Positions 19,847 to 29,864 of a DNA stretch of 64,000 nt are shown piece after piece. The number at the start of each line of letters is the position of its first letter. Position 1 is the stretch's first letter. A program made the translations under genes and the position numbers. The DNA is taken from the NCBI GenBank assembly GCA_041484665.1, contig JBGPIA010000002.1, forward strand, positions 576,001 to 640,000, in the 5' to 3' direction. Source of the stretch: Candidatus Krumholzibacteriia bacterium (GTDB taxonomy: Bacteria; Krumholzibacteriota; Krumholzibacteriia; JAJRXK01). A model generated the notes under the pieces. It was not told the origin of the DNA. It searched no databases and was given only the letters and a program-made list of their open reading frames with translations.

Positions 19847-21049
19847 TCACGTGATCCTCTCGAACCAGCGCTTCACGTTGCGCACCAGTCCGCCGCCGAC
19901 CGCCTCATGCGCCTTGCCCGGCGCCGCCCGGTCGCAGTCGACGGTGAACTTGACGAGCCCCACGGCCGTGGCCCAGCTGTCGGGTTCGTCTCCCTGGTCG
20001 TCGCGGGCCACGCGCCGCTCGACGGCGCGCAGCGAGAACACCTGCTCGACCAGCTCGGCCGTAGCAGCCAGCCGCGCGCCGCCTCCGGTCAGGATCACTC
20101 CCGACTGAAGCGTGGGGCGCATCACGCCCCACTGCAGGCCTTGGCCGACCATCTCCAGGATCTCCTGCTGCCGCGCCTCGCAGATCGCCGCGATCTCCGC
20201 GCGCAGCTCCGGGGGCGGCGCGTCGCCGCGCACCGGGCCGGTGATGGCTCGGCAGCGCAGCGCGACGCCAAAGGCTCGCTTCGAGCGCTCGGCAACGTCG
20301 AGATCGACGCTGAGGCCATAGGCCAGATCCCGCGTGACGAAATTGCCGCCGAGGGGTACCACGCCACTCTGGCGCAGGCGACCCCTCTTGAACAACGCAT
20401 AGTGCGTCACCTCGCCGCCGATGTCGATGAGAAGACAGCCGTTTTCCCGCTCCGCATCGGTCACAACGGCCCAACTGGTGGCGCACGCTCCGAAGACCAG
20501 CAGGTCCGGCTTGGTGCCGGCCATCTGGAGCGCGCGATCCAGCGATCCGACCGCCGCCTGCGAGCCGGTCACCACGTGGGCGTCCAGCTCCAGTCGCGAG
20601 CCGATCATCCCCAGCGGGTTGGTCAGGCCGCGCTGCGCGTCGAGGGTGTACTCCACGGGCAGGCAGTGCAGGATCACTTGATCGAAGGGGATCCCCATGG
20701 ACTGCGCCCGCATCTGTGCCACTTCGAGGTGGCGGGCGCGTACCTTGCCGCCATTCTCCAACGGGATGCAACTGTGCGCGGAGAGACTGCGCACGTGGTC
20801 TCCGTTGACCGACACCGCGAGGAAATCGGGCGGGATCTCCGCCTCGCGGCGGGCGCGCTCCAGCACGCGGGCAATGGCATCCGCCGCCGCGGGCAGGTCG
20901 GAGATGTTGCTGCGGGTGAGCCCTTGTGCCGGGAGGGAGGCGTGGCCGAGAACGGTCACGCCTCCTCTCCCGTCCGGCTCGGCTACCACAGCTCGAAACC
21001 GTGTGCTTCCCAAATCGATGGCTGCCAGGACCGGAATGTCCTCCACCAT
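19847..21049 (-). CDS. ftsA: Cell division protein FtsA
   Basis: AIDLGST, LIDIGGEVT, ILTGGGA, C-terminal amphipathic helix VKRWFERIT; GGAGG RBS. Confidence 0.96.
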   Translation of the reverse strand: MVEDIPVLAAIDLGSTRFRAVVAEPDGRGGVTVLGHASLPAQGLTRSNISDLPAAADAIARVLERARREAEIPPDFLAVSVNGDHVRSLSAHSCIPLENGGKVRARHLEVAQMRAQSMGIPFDQVILHCLPVEYTLDAQRGLTNPLGMIGSRLELDAHVVTGSQAAVGSLDRALQMAGTKPDLLVFGACATSWAVVTDAERENGCLLIDIGGEVTHYALFKRGRLRQSGVVPLGGNFVTRDLAYGLSVDLDVAERSKRAFGVALRCRAITGPVRGDAPPPELRAEIAAICEARQQEILEMVGQGLQWGVMRPTLQSGVILTGGGARLAATAELVEQVFSLRAVERRVARDDQGDEPDSWATAVGLVKFTVDCDRAAPGKAHEAVGGGLVRNVKRWFERIT

Positions 21050-21051
21050 GC

Positions 21052-22137
21052 TCAACCTCCGGCGCGGATGCTCGGGTGACCGTCCTGCGCGATCGGACGA
21101 CCCTGCGCGGCCGCCCGCCGCGCATCGGAGACGGCGCGTCGTCCGGCGGGCGCGTGGCCGGCGGTCTTGCGCGCTGCCGGCGAGACCGCTGCGCCGTCGG
21201 CGCCCGCGTCCGCGCCAGTGCTGTCGGGCGGCGCTTGCAGGACGATCTGGCGCTCGAACCGCAAGTCGATCCGATCGCCGGGACCTGGCCGCAGATGCTC
21301 GGCCGCCGCCCCGAAGGCGCGCAGGCGCTTCTCGAAGCCCTCTCGCCCGAGCACCAGCAGGGCTCCTCCGCCGGTCACCAGCTCCACCCCCCCCTGGGCG
21401 TCGAGATCGACGCGGCGCAGCCCCTCCGGCCAGATCCACGGCACCCGGTCCAGGGCCGCGCAGAGACGCCGCACCGCCTCCGACGCTTCCCTGGTCAGCG
21501 GTCCATCCGGTGCCACGCGTGGGGCGGCGAGCTCCGGAAGGGACCCCAGTTGCAAGCCATCGCGCGGCGGGAGCCACGCGCCCGCGGCATCCACGGACCC
21601 CTGCCCCGCGGCGAGCACGAAGATGGGCTGAGCCTCCTCGAGTGCGACGTGCAGGCGATCGGGCAGGCGCCGCCCGATCTTCACGCCGGCGATCCACGGG
21701 TCGCGGCGCAGGGCTTCCTCCAGAGCGTCCACGTCCACGGCCAGCAGCGGCATGCCAAACGCCCGGCCCAGCTCCCGGCGCAGCACCGCGGAGTCGGTCA
21801 CCTGGGCGCCGACCACCTCGACCTCCCGCACGCGCAACCCGCTTCCCGTGAGCCAGCCCAGCCCGGCCAGCGCCACCACCGCGGTGGCCGACGCCAGCAC
21901 GAGCCCGCCGGGGGGGCGCGCCGAGCTCCAGTCTGGTCCCCGGCCCTTCACCGCACGCCGGGCGCGCCCACCCCCTGACACCGTCGTGCCGTCCCCCATC
22001 GACGCGGTCGACCAGGGCGGCAACGCGCGCGCGGGCGCTGTGAGGTGCCCGCTGTCTCCGCGCAGCGACCGCACCCACGCGGCGCCAGCGCGGGCAAAGA
22101 TCCCCTGGTGGCGGCGGGTCGCTCGCCTGGCGTTCAC
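21052..22137 (-). CDS. ftsQ: Cell division protein FtsQ/DivIB
   Basis: Single TM, POTRA (VREVEVVG...PWIAGVKIGRRLPDRLHV), IDLRFERQIV; GTGA overlap with murC. Confidence 0.9.
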   Translation of the reverse strand: MNARRATRRHQGIFARAGAAWVRSLRGDSGHLTAPARALPPWSTASMGDGTTVSGGGRARRAVKGRGPDWSSARPPGGLVLASATAVVALAGLGWLTGSGLRVREVEVVGAQVTDSAVLRRELGRAFGMPLLAVDVDALEEALRRDPWIAGVKIGRRLPDRLHVALEEAQPIFVLAAGQGSVDAAGAWLPPRDGLQLGSLPELAAPRVAPDGPLTREASEAVRRLCAALDRVPWIWPEGLRRVDLDAQGGVELVTGGGALLVLGREGFEKRLRAFGAAAEHLRPGPGDRIDLRFERQIVLQAPPDSTGADAGADGAAVSPAARKTAGHAPAGRRAVSDARRAAAQGRPIAQDGHPSIRAGG

Positions 22138-23573
22138 GATCCGCTCCCCGCGCGCTCCTCCAGCGCGGCCACCAGCCGGTCCGCCAGGCGCGTGATGTCC
22201 CCGGCGCCCTGCGTCAGCCAGAGATCGCCGGGCCGCGCCTCCTGTTTCGCCCACTGCAGCGCCTCGTCAAGGTCGCGCAGCGAGTGGACGTCCACGCCGT
22301 GCACCTGCCGCAGCCGGGCGCTGATCAACTCGCTGCTCACCCCCACGATCTCCGGCTCGCTAGCCGCGTAGACCGGCAGCAGCCCGACACGGTCGGCGGC
22401 CGCGAGCACGTCGGCGAACTCCTCGTGGTGATCGCGCGTGCGCGTGTAGCGGTGGGGCTGGAAGATGACCACCAGCCGGCGCGGGAACGCCTCGCGCAGC
22501 GCCTGCAGCGTCACCCGCAGCTCCGTGGGGTGGTGGCCGTAGTCGTCGACCACCATCACCCCGCCCGCCTCGCCCTTGATCTCCAGGCGGCGCCCGACGC
22601 CGGCGAAGCCGGCCAGGGCAAGGGCGATGGCGTCGTAGGCGAGGCCGACCTCCAGGCCGCAGGCCACCGCAGCGGCGGCGTTGAGGGCGTTGTGGCGCCC
22701 GAACAGCGGGATGTGGCAGGGCCCCAGCTCCCGGCCGCCGTGCCACATGCGCAGCTCCATCCCGCGGGCGTCGGCGCGCTCCACGGCCACGCGCAGGTCG
22801 CAGGCCTCGTGGGTACCGTACGTGAACGCCGGCCAGCGCAGGCGCGGCAGCAGGCGCGTGAGCTGTGCGTCGTCGGCGCAGGCGATCACCTTGCCATAGA
22901 AGGGCACGCGATTCATGAAATCCACGAACGCCGTGCGGATCGCGTCCATGTCCTTGTAGTGATCGAGGTGCTCGCGATCGACGTTGGTGACGATGGCGAT
23001 GGTGGGTGTCAGGCGCAGGAACGTGCCGTCGCTCTCGTCCGCCTCCGCCACCAGGTAGTGGCCCTGGCCCAGCACCGCGGCCGTGCCCAGGGCCAGCAGG
23101 CGTCCGCCCACGATCACGGTGGGATCCAGGCCACCGCCGCGAAGCGCCGTGGCCACCAGGCTGGTGGTGGTCGTCTTCCCGTGCGCGCCGGCGATGGCGA
23201 TGCCGTGCTTGAGGCGCATGAGCTCGGCCAGCATCTCGGCACGGCGGATCACCGGGATTCCGCGACGCTGGGCCTCGAGCAGCTCGGGGTTGTCCTTGGT
23301 CACGGCCGAGCTGTAGACGACCACGTCCGCCTCGCCCACATTGCCGGCGGCATGGCCCTCGCGGATCGAGGCACCCAGCTCCCGCAGCCGGCGCGACATC
23401 ACGTTTTCCTTGAGGTCGCTGCCGCTCACCTCGAAGCCCAGGTGGAGCAGAACCTCTGCGATGCCGCTCATACCGATCCCGCCCACGCCCACGAAGTGCA
23501 CGCGACGGGTGTGCCGGAACGCGCCCGCGCGCTCCCCCGGCTTGACGAACAGTCCGCGGTCGGTCCAGGTCAT
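22134..23573 (-). CDS. murC: UDP-N-acetylmuramate--L-alanine ligase
   Basis: HFVGVGGIGMSGIA, GAHGKTTTT, EADESDGTF, DDYGHHPTE, FQPHRYTRT. Confidence 0.98.
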   Translation of the reverse strand: MTWTDRGLFVKPGERAGAFRHTRRVHFVGVGGIGMSGIAEVLLHLGFEVSGSDLKENVMSRRLRELGASIREGHAAGNVGEADVVVYSSAVTKDNPELLEAQRRGIPVIRRAEMLAELMRLKHGIAIAGAHGKTTTTSLVATALRGGGLDPTVIVGGRLLALGTAAVLGQGHYLVAEADESDGTFLRLTPTIAIVTNVDREHLDHYKDMDAIRTAFVDFMNRVPFYGKVIACADDAQLTRLLPRLRWPAFTYGTHEACDLRVAVERADARGMELRMWHGGRELGPCHIPLFGRHNALNAAAAVACGLEVGLAYDAIALALAGFAGVGRRLEIKGEAGGVMVVDDYGHHPTELRVTLQALREAFPRRLVVIFQPHRYTRTRDHHEEFADVLAAADRVGLLPVYAASEPEIVGVSSELISARLRQVHGVDVHSLRDLDEALQWAKQEARPGDLWLTQGAGDITRLADRLVAALEERAGSGS

Positions 23574-24739
23574 CGCGTCCTCTGCGTCGTGTTGCGGGTG
23601 GCGCGCTCGGCCAACGCCGCCGCCAGTTGCTGTGCGCCATCCTGCTCGCCGGCAAGCTGTCGTGCGCGGTGAGCCATCTGCTCCAGCACTGCCGGGTCGC
23701 CCTCCAACTGCTGCAGCAGCTCCGCCAGGGCCGTCCCATCCATCTGCGCGTCGGGCACGACGCGCGCCGCTCCGGCGGCAGCCACGGCCTGCGCGTTGCG
23801 GGTCTGGTGATCGTCGGTGGCGTGGGGGAACGGCACGAGGATCGCCGGCTTGCCCAGGGCCGCCAGCTCGGCCAGCGTCAGCGCCCCCGCGCGGCACACC
23901 ACGAGGTCGGCGATGCGGTAGGCCTGGTCCATGCGGTCGATGTACGCAAGCACGCAGGCACGTGACGGCGCGCCGGGCGGTGCTCCGGCGGCGCCGGACT
24001 GCGCGGCGCCGACGGCCCGGCGGACGGCGTCGGCCTCCTCCCCGCCCGTTTGCGCCAGCAATTGCCAGCGCGTCGCCTGCGCGATGCGCGGCCATCCTTC
24101 GCGCACAGCACGATTGAGACTGCGGGCGCCGCGGCTCCCGCCGAACACGAGCACCGTGGGCACGCCGGGATGCAGCCCGAAGGCCGTGTAGTCCTGTGCG
24201 GTCGAAGGCTGTCCCGCGCTGCGCAGGATGCTCGAGCGCACCGGGTTGGGCAGGCGCTCCACGGCGTGCGCACGAGCGAACGCGCCGCGCGCCTCTTCGA
24301 AGGCGACGTAGATGCGCTCGGCGAAGCGCGCCAGCACGCGATTGGTGGAGCCGGGGACCGCGTTCTGCTCCTGGATCCACACCGGGCGGCGCAATGCCGC
24401 CGCGGCAACGGCCGGAGCCGCGCTGGCATACCCGCCAGTCGCCAGCACGACGTCCGGCCGCGTCCGCAGAATCAACACGATCGATCCCACCAGCCCAGCG
24501 GCGAAGGTGACGCAGAAGCGCACCGCGCCCAACACGCCACCGCCGCGCAGGCCCGCTGCGGGCAGGCGCGTGAGCGGGAAGCCGGCCGCTGGCACCAGCC
24601 GCCCCTCGATGCCGCGCCGGCCCCCCACGAAGTGGATGCGTGCCTGCGGGCAGCGCGCCGACAGCGCCTCGGCCACGGCCAGCGCCGGGTAGACGTGCCC
24701 GCCCGTCCCACCGGCTGCGAACAGGAAGCTGCCGATCAC
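23570..24739 (-). CDS. murG: Lipid II GlcNAc transferase
   Basis: GGTGGHVYPALA, TGGYAS, EQNAVPG, GGSRGA, CRAGALT, DDHQTRNA. Confidence 0.98.
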   Translation of the reverse strand: MIGSFLFAAGGTGGHVYPALAVAEALSARCPQARIHFVGGRRGIEGRLVPAAGFPLTRLPAAGLRGGGVLGAVRFCVTFAAGLVGSIVLILRTRPDVVLATGGYASAAPAVAAAALRRPVWIQEQNAVPGSTNRVLARFAERIYVAFEEARGAFARAHAVERLPNPVRSSILRSAGQPSTAQDYTAFGLHPGVPTVLVFGGSRGARSLNRAVREGWPRIAQATRWQLLAQTGGEEADAVRRAVGAAQSGAAGAPPGAPSRACVLAYIDRMDQAYRIADLVVCRAGALTLAELAALGKPAILVPFPHATDDHQTRNAQAVAAAGAARVVPDAQMDGTALAELLQQLEGDPAVLEQMAHRARQLAGEQDGAQQLAAALAERATRNTTQRTR

Positions 24740-25887
24740 GCTCGCCACCCCCGCCAGCGGTCGGTCGGCGCGCTGCGTTGCCGCACGCTGCGGCCGACGT
24801 TGAGCAGCACGCCGACGCCCGCCAGGTTGGAGACCATGGCGGAGCCGCCATAGCTCAAGAACGGCAGCGGTAGTCCCGTCACCGGGATCAGCGCGACCGC
24901 CACGGCGAGGTTCAAGGTCGCATAGCAGAGGATCATGCACGTCAGCGAGAGGGCCACCAGATAGCCCAGCCCGTCGGGCGCGCGCAGCGCGATCTTCATG
25001 GCGCGCGCCGTCCACAGCCCCAGCACCAGCACGAGGCCACAGGTGCCCACAAAGCCCAGCTCTTCGCCCAGGATGGCGAAGATGAAGTCGGTGTGGCCGG
25101 CGGGCAGAAACAGGTACTTCATGGTGCTCATGCCCGGGCCCACCCCCAGCAGCCCGCCGCTGCCCAGCGCGGTGAGGCCCTGGATCGACTGGTAGGCCAA
25201 CTCACCCTGACCGGTGCCCGTCAGCAGCAGCGAGAGCCAGACCTCCACGCGGTCGTGGAGCTTGTCCACGTGCAGGTAGCCGAGCCAGCACAACAGCGCG
25301 CCGCCCGCGGCCAGCGTGAACACGTAACTTCGCTTCACGCCGGCCAGCCAGAACACCGCCAGCGTCATGATCGACAGCGCCATGGCGCTGCCGAAGTTCG
25401 GCTGCAGCGCGAGCAACATCAGGACGACCGCCGGCACGGCGAGCAGCTTCACGAATCCCCAACGCAGCTGGGTCGTGCTCTCCGGATGGTGGTCGATCCA
25501 CCAGGGCAGGCTCAGCGCCAGACTGAGCTTCACCAGCTCGACGGGCTGGACGACGACACCGAACAGCGAGATCCAGCGCGGGATGCCGTGGGCCTGCTTG
25601 ACGGAGGCGCTGCCCACCACGGTCACCGCCAACAGCGCGAGCGCCACGGGCAGCGTGTAGAGCGCGATGCGGCACGAGGTGCGGTAGGGCACGCAGGCCG
25701 CCACGAGCATAAGCACGATTCCCAGTACGGCGCGCAGCGTGTGCCGCGCGGCGATGCTGAACTCGGCCCCACCTGCCAGCGTCGCCCGGTAGGTGCTCGA
25801 GCAGTAGACCATCACCACGCCCACGCCGACCAGCAGCAGGGTGATGAACAGCAACCGGCGGTCGGGGAAGCCCCCCATGCGGATCAT
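24736..25887 (-). CDS. ftsW: Peptidoglycan polymerase FtsW
   Basis: RWI, QPVELVK, QPNFG, HTDFIFAILGEELG, PVTGLPLPFLSYGGS. Confidence 0.97.
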   Translation of the reverse strand: MIRMGGFPDRRLLFITLLLVGVGVVMVYCSSTYRATLAGGAEFSIAARHTLRAVLGIVLMLVAACVPYRTSCRIALYTLPVALALLAVTVVGSASVKQAHGIPRWISLFGVVVQPVELVKLSLALSLPWWIDHHPESTTQLRWGFVKLLAVPAVVLMLLALQPNFGSAMALSIMTLAVFWLAGVKRSYVFTLAAGGALLCWLGYLHVDKLHDRVEVWLSLLLTGTGQGELAYQSIQGLTALGSGGLLGVGPGMSTMKYLFLPAGHTDFIFAILGEELGFVGTCGLVLVLGLWTARAMKIALRAPDGLGYLVALSLTCMILCYATLNLAVAVALIPVTGLPLPFLSYGGSAMVSNLAGVGVLLNVGRSVRQRSAPTDRWRGWRA

Positions 25888-27329
25888 GCCGCCCCTCCCG
25901 CGCGCTCGCGCACCCAGGCGGCGAACACGTCGCCGCGGTGCTCGTAGTTGCGGAACTCGTCGAAGCTGGCGCAAGCCGGCGACAACAGCACGACATCCCC
26001 GGCTCGCGCGATCTCCGCCGCGCGGGCGAGCGCCGCCAGCATTCCGGCGTGCTGCTCGATCGCCACGCTGCCGGACAGCGCGCGCGCGATCGCCGGTCCC
26101 TCCTCGCCGTAGCACAGCGCCAGTTTGACCGGGGCCATGAGGCCGCGCAGCGGCCGGTAGTCCTCCCCCTTGCCCCGACCGCCCAGCAGCAGCACGACTG
26201 GGTCGGTCAGGCCCGCGAGGGCGGCGCAGGCGGCGTGCACGTTGGTCGCCTTGCTGTCGTCGACGTAACGCACGCCGGCGATCGTGCCAGCCAGCTGCGC
26301 GCGATGCGGCAACCCGCGGAACCGCCGCAGCGCGGCGGCCTCGGCCTCCACGGGTAGCGCGAAGGGCGTGCACGCGGCGAGGGCAGCCAGCACGTTGAGC
26401 AGGTTGTGGCCGCCCAGCAGCGGGAGCTCGGCGGCGGGCAGCACGGGCGTCGTACGCCCGCCCGCCTGCAACGCCGCGCGGCCTTCCACCAGACTGGCGC
26501 CTTCCTGCCCGGCTGGCAGCGGTCGCGCGGCGAAGCGCAGCGGCCGCGCGGGGCAGCCGCGGCTCCATTCCTCCCCGCGCGGGTCGCCGGCGGGGAAGAC
26601 GAAGCAGTCGTCGGCGCGCACGTTGCGCAGCATGTTGCGCTTGGCTGCCGCATAGGTGTCGACATCGGGATAGCGGTCGAGATGATCCGGCGCGACGTTC
26701 AGCAGCACGGAGACCTTCGGCCGCAGGTGGACGATGCGCTCGAGCTGGAAACTGCTGGCTTCCAGCACTACCACGTGGTCACGGGTGGCCTGCGCGACCA
26801 CGGCGCACGCGGCCAGCCCGATGTTGCCCGCCAAGAGCGACGGGCGTCCCGCACCCTGCAGCAGCGCGTGGATCAGGCTCACGGTGGTGCTCTTGCCGTT
26901 GGTGCCGGTGACCAGCACGATGGGCGCCGTGATGCGCCGCGCTGCCAGCTCCAGCTCGGCGAGCACGGGCAGTCCCCGCTCGTGCGCCGCGACGACCAGC
27001 GGGTGCGTCGGCGGAACGCCCGGGCTGAGGATCACGGCGTCGGCTACAGCCAGCGGCGCGACCGCACCTGCCGCGATGCGCCGCGGGGCCGTCGCCGGCG
27101 CGTGGGGGTCGGCGTCGGGGGCCAGCCCCACCGACCATTGGCGCGCCCGCCGCTGCAACGCCCGCGCGTCGGGCGGCAGCCGCTCCAGCGCCTGGTCGTC
27201 GAACAGAAGCACCTCGGCACCCTCAGCCAGCAGCAGCTCGGCAGCGGCCACGCCGCTGCGGCCCAACCCAATGACGGCGACCGCGAGCCCTTTCCAGCTC
27301 CGGTCCGCGCTGAGCGGGTCGCCGTGCAT
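25884..27329 (-). CDS. murD: UDP-MurNAc-L-Ala--D-glutamate ligase
   Basis: GLGRSG, SPGVP, TGTNGKSTT, EASSFQL, DDSKATN, LSPACASFDEF. Alternative start at 27344. Confidence 0.98.
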   Translation of the reverse strand: MHGDPLSADRSWKGLAVAVIGLGRSGVAAAELLLAEGAEVLLFDDQALERLPPDARALQRRARQWSVGLAPDADPHAPATAPRRIAAGAVAPLAVADAVILSPGVPPTHPLVVAAHERGLPVLAELELAARRITAPIVLVTGTNGKSTTVSLIHALLQGAGRPSLLAGNIGLAACAVVAQATRDHVVVLEASSFQLERIVHLRPKVSVLLNVAPDHLDRYPDVDTYAAAKRNMLRNVRADDCFVFPAGDPRGEEWSRGCPARPLRFAARPLPAGQEGASLVEGRAALQAGGRTTPVLPAAELPLLGGHNLLNVLAALAACTPFALPVEAEAAALRRFRGLPHRAQLAGTIAGVRYVDDSKATNVHAACAALAGLTDPVVLLLGGRGKGEDYRPLRGLMAPVKLALCYGEEGPAIARALSGSVAIEQHAGMLAALARAAEIARAGDVVLLSPACASFDEFRNYEHRGDVFAAWVRERAGGAA

Positions 27330-27340
27330 CGTCGCCTCCC

Positions 27341-28426
27341 TCATCGCAGCTTCAGCGTCGAGACGCTCAGGAGCGCGAGCAGGATGCCCACGACCCAGAA
27401 ACGGATGACGACCTTGGTCTCCGACCAGCCGATCAACTCGAAGTGGTGGTGCAGCGGCGCCATCTTGAAGATGCGTTTGCCGCGCAGCCGGAAGCTCAGC
27501 ACCTGCAGGAACCAGGACAGCGCCTCCGCCACGAACACGCCGCCGATGACGACCAGCAGCAGCTCCTGCTTGATCAGGAGCGCCACGGAGGCCAGCGCGC
27601 CGCCCAGGGCCATCGATCCCGTGTCGCCCATGAACAGCTCGGCCGGGTGGGCGTTGAACCAGAGGAAACCCAGCGCGGCTCCCAGCAGCGCCAGACAATA
27701 CACCGTGAGCTCTCCGGCGCCGCGCAGGTGCAGGATGTTCAGATAGTTGGCGAAGATGGAGTTGCCGCTGGCGTAGGCGAATCCGGCCAGCGCAAGGAAC
27801 GCGACGGCGACCAGGCCGATGGCCAGCCCGTCGAGACCATCGGCCAGGTTGACCGCATTGCCGGTCCCGGCGAACACGAGGATGGCGAAGGGGATATAGA
27901 GCGAGCCGAAGTCGAGGTAGACATTTTTGAGGAACGGGATCGAGGTGCGCGTAGCGATCCCGGCGTACTCGGGCTCGTGGATCATCCACCAGCCCAGCCA
28001 CAGACCGAAGGCGGCCTGCAGCAGCAGCTTCCAGCGGCCGCGCAGGCCCGTCTTCTTCTTGCGCGAGAGCTTGAGGTAGTCGTCCACCCAGCCGAGAAAG
28101 CCCATGTACACCGTCGCGAGCATCGCCACCAGCACCAGACGGTTGCCGAGATTGCCCCACAGCAGCATCGGCAGCAGCACGGCAGCCAGGATCAGCAGCC
28201 CGCCCATGGTGGGCGTGCCAGCCTTGGCCTGGTGGTGCTTGGGGCCCTCCGCGCGAATGGTCTCGCCGATCTGCAGCTCCCGCAGACGGCGAATGGTCCA
28301 CCCGCCGAAGAAGAAGCAGATGAGCAGCGCGGTGATGGTTGCGTACGCCGCGCGAAACGTGATGTAGCGAAAGACATTGAAGGGATGCCACAGCACCACC
28401 AGTTGGTCGACGAGGCTGTAGAACAC
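27341..28426 (-). CDS. mraY: Phospho-MurNAc-pentapeptide transferase
   Basis: KAGTPTMGG, GWVDDYLK, NAVNLADGLDGLA, FMGDTGS, MAPLHHHFE. Confidence 0.99.
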   Translation of the reverse strand: MFYSLVDQLVVLWHPFNVFRYITFRAAYATITALLICFFFGGWTIRRLRELQIGETIRAEGPKHHQAKAGTPTMGGLLILAAVLLPMLLWGNLGNRLVLVAMLATVYMGFLGWVDDYLKLSRKKKTGLRGRWKLLLQAAFGLWLGWWMIHEPEYAGIATRTSIPFLKNVYLDFGSLYIPFAILVFAGTGNAVNLADGLDGLAIGLVAVAFLALAGFAYASGNSIFANYLNILHLRGAGELTVYCLALLGAALGFLWFNAHPAELFMGDTGSMALGGALASVALLIKQELLLVVIGGVFVAEALSWFLQVLSFRLRGKRIFKMAPLHHHFELIGWSETKVVIRFWVVGILLALLSVSTLKLR

Positions 28427-28430
28427 GGTC

Positions 28431-29864
28431 CTACCCCTTCTCCCCTGCCAGCGTATCGAGCAGCGCAGCGATCGCGGTCTCCAACCCCACGCTGCGGCTG
28501 CCCTTGAAGAGCAGCACGTCCCCGTGGGCGCTGGTGGCAGCGACCAGCCGCCCCACGGACACGAGATCCTCCTGCGCCTTCCCGCTGCCCAGGCCCGGCG
28601 GCGTGTACAGGTCGTCCTCCCCGCAGGCGAGCGTCATCTCCGGGCCCACCGGCACGATGCGATCGATGCCCAGCGACCGGGCCTCCCGAATGACCTGCTG
28701 GTGCAGCGCGAGGGACTGCGGGCCCAGCTCGGCCATCGAGCCCAGCACGGCCACGCGCCGTCCGCGCGCCGGCATCGCGGCGAGGCTGCGCAGCGCCGCA
28801 CGCATGCTCGCCGGATTGGCGTTGTAGCAGTCGTCCAGGATCGTACGTCCGGCCGCGTGCAGCAGCGTCGAGCGGTGGGGCGACAGCGGCGTGGCGCAGA
28901 CGCGCTGCAGTGCTTCCTTCGGTGGCACGCCCAGCTCGCCGGCCAGAGCACACGCCGCGGCGGCGTTGGCTCCATTGGCCTCGCCAAACATCCTCAAGAC
29001 GCCGCGGTAGCCGTTGATGGAGATGCGTAGACCGTCCGCGCGCTGCTCGCACTCCTCCAGCCGTACGTGGGCGCCCGGATTGCGCCCGAATACGACGACG
29101 CGGCTCGCGCGGCAGCGCCGCCGCAGCGCCTCGATGCTCGGGTCGTCGCCATTGAGCACCGCCGCGCCGTTCTGGGGCAGCGCTTCGACCAGCTCCCCCT
29201 TCGCCGCGAGCACGCCCTCCACACCGCCGAAGCTCTCCAGGTGCGCCGCGCCCACGTTGGTGATGCAGCCGATATGCGGGCGCGCCATGGCGGCGAGCCG
29301 GCCGATCTCCCCCGGGCGGGTGGCGCCCATCTCCAGCACGAGGATCTCCTCGTCGCCATGCTGCTGGAGCACCGCCAGAGGCAGCCCCCAGCCGCTGTTG
29401 AGATTCCCCGGATTGGCGCCCACCCGGCGCGCGCCCCCCAGCGCCGCCCGCAGCATGTCCTTGGTCGTGGTCTTGCCGTTGCTGCCGGTGATGCCCACCA
29501 CGGTGGGATGGAAGCGGGCGAGGTAGCCCCCCGCCAGGGCCGCCAGCGCCCCTCTTCCATCGGCCACCAGGAACACGGGCGCGCGCGCTCCCTCCACCGC
29601 GGGGAAGGAACCCTCCACCAGCGCGCCCGCGGCACCGGCCGCAACTGCGGGACCGACGAACCGGCCACCGTGCATGTGCTCACCTTGCACGCCCACGAAG
29701 AGATCACCCGCCGACACGTTGCGGCTGTCGATGCTGGCGCCGCTGAACACGACCTGGGCAAGCTCGTCGGGGCGCTGCCACGGCGAGCCGTCGGCGCGCG
29801 TCACGCGATGCCGCTGGCTCGCCTCCGCAAGCCAATGCACGACCTCCAGCCCGCTCAGGCTCAT
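28431..29864 (-). CDS. murF: UDP-MurNAc-tripeptide--D-Ala-D-Ala ligase
   Basis: SIDSR, ITGSNGKTTTKDM, LEMG, DDCYNANPASM, LGSMAELG, KGSR. Confidence 0.97.
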   Translation of the reverse strand: MSLSGLEVVHWLAEASQRHRVTRADGSPWQRPDELAQVVFSGASIDSRNVSAGDLFVGVQGEHMHGGRFVGPAVAAGAAGALVEGSFPAVEGARAPVFLVADGRGALAALAGGYLARFHPTVVGITGSNGKTTTKDMLRAALGGARRVGANPGNLNSGWGLPLAVLQQHGDEEILVLEMGATRPGEIGRLAAMARPHIGCITNVGAAHLESFGGVEGVLAAKGELVEALPQNGAAVLNGDDPSIEALRRRCRASRVVVFGRNPGAHVRLEECEQRADGLRISINGYRGVLRMFGEANGANAAAACALAGELGVPPKEALQRVCATPLSPHRSTLLHAAGRTILDDCYNANPASMRAALRSLAAMPARGRRVAVLGSMAELGPQSLALHQQVIREARSLGIDRIVPVGPEMTLACGEDDLYTPPGLGSGKAQEDLVSVGRLVAATSAHGDVLLFKGSRSVGLETAIAALLDTLAGEKG

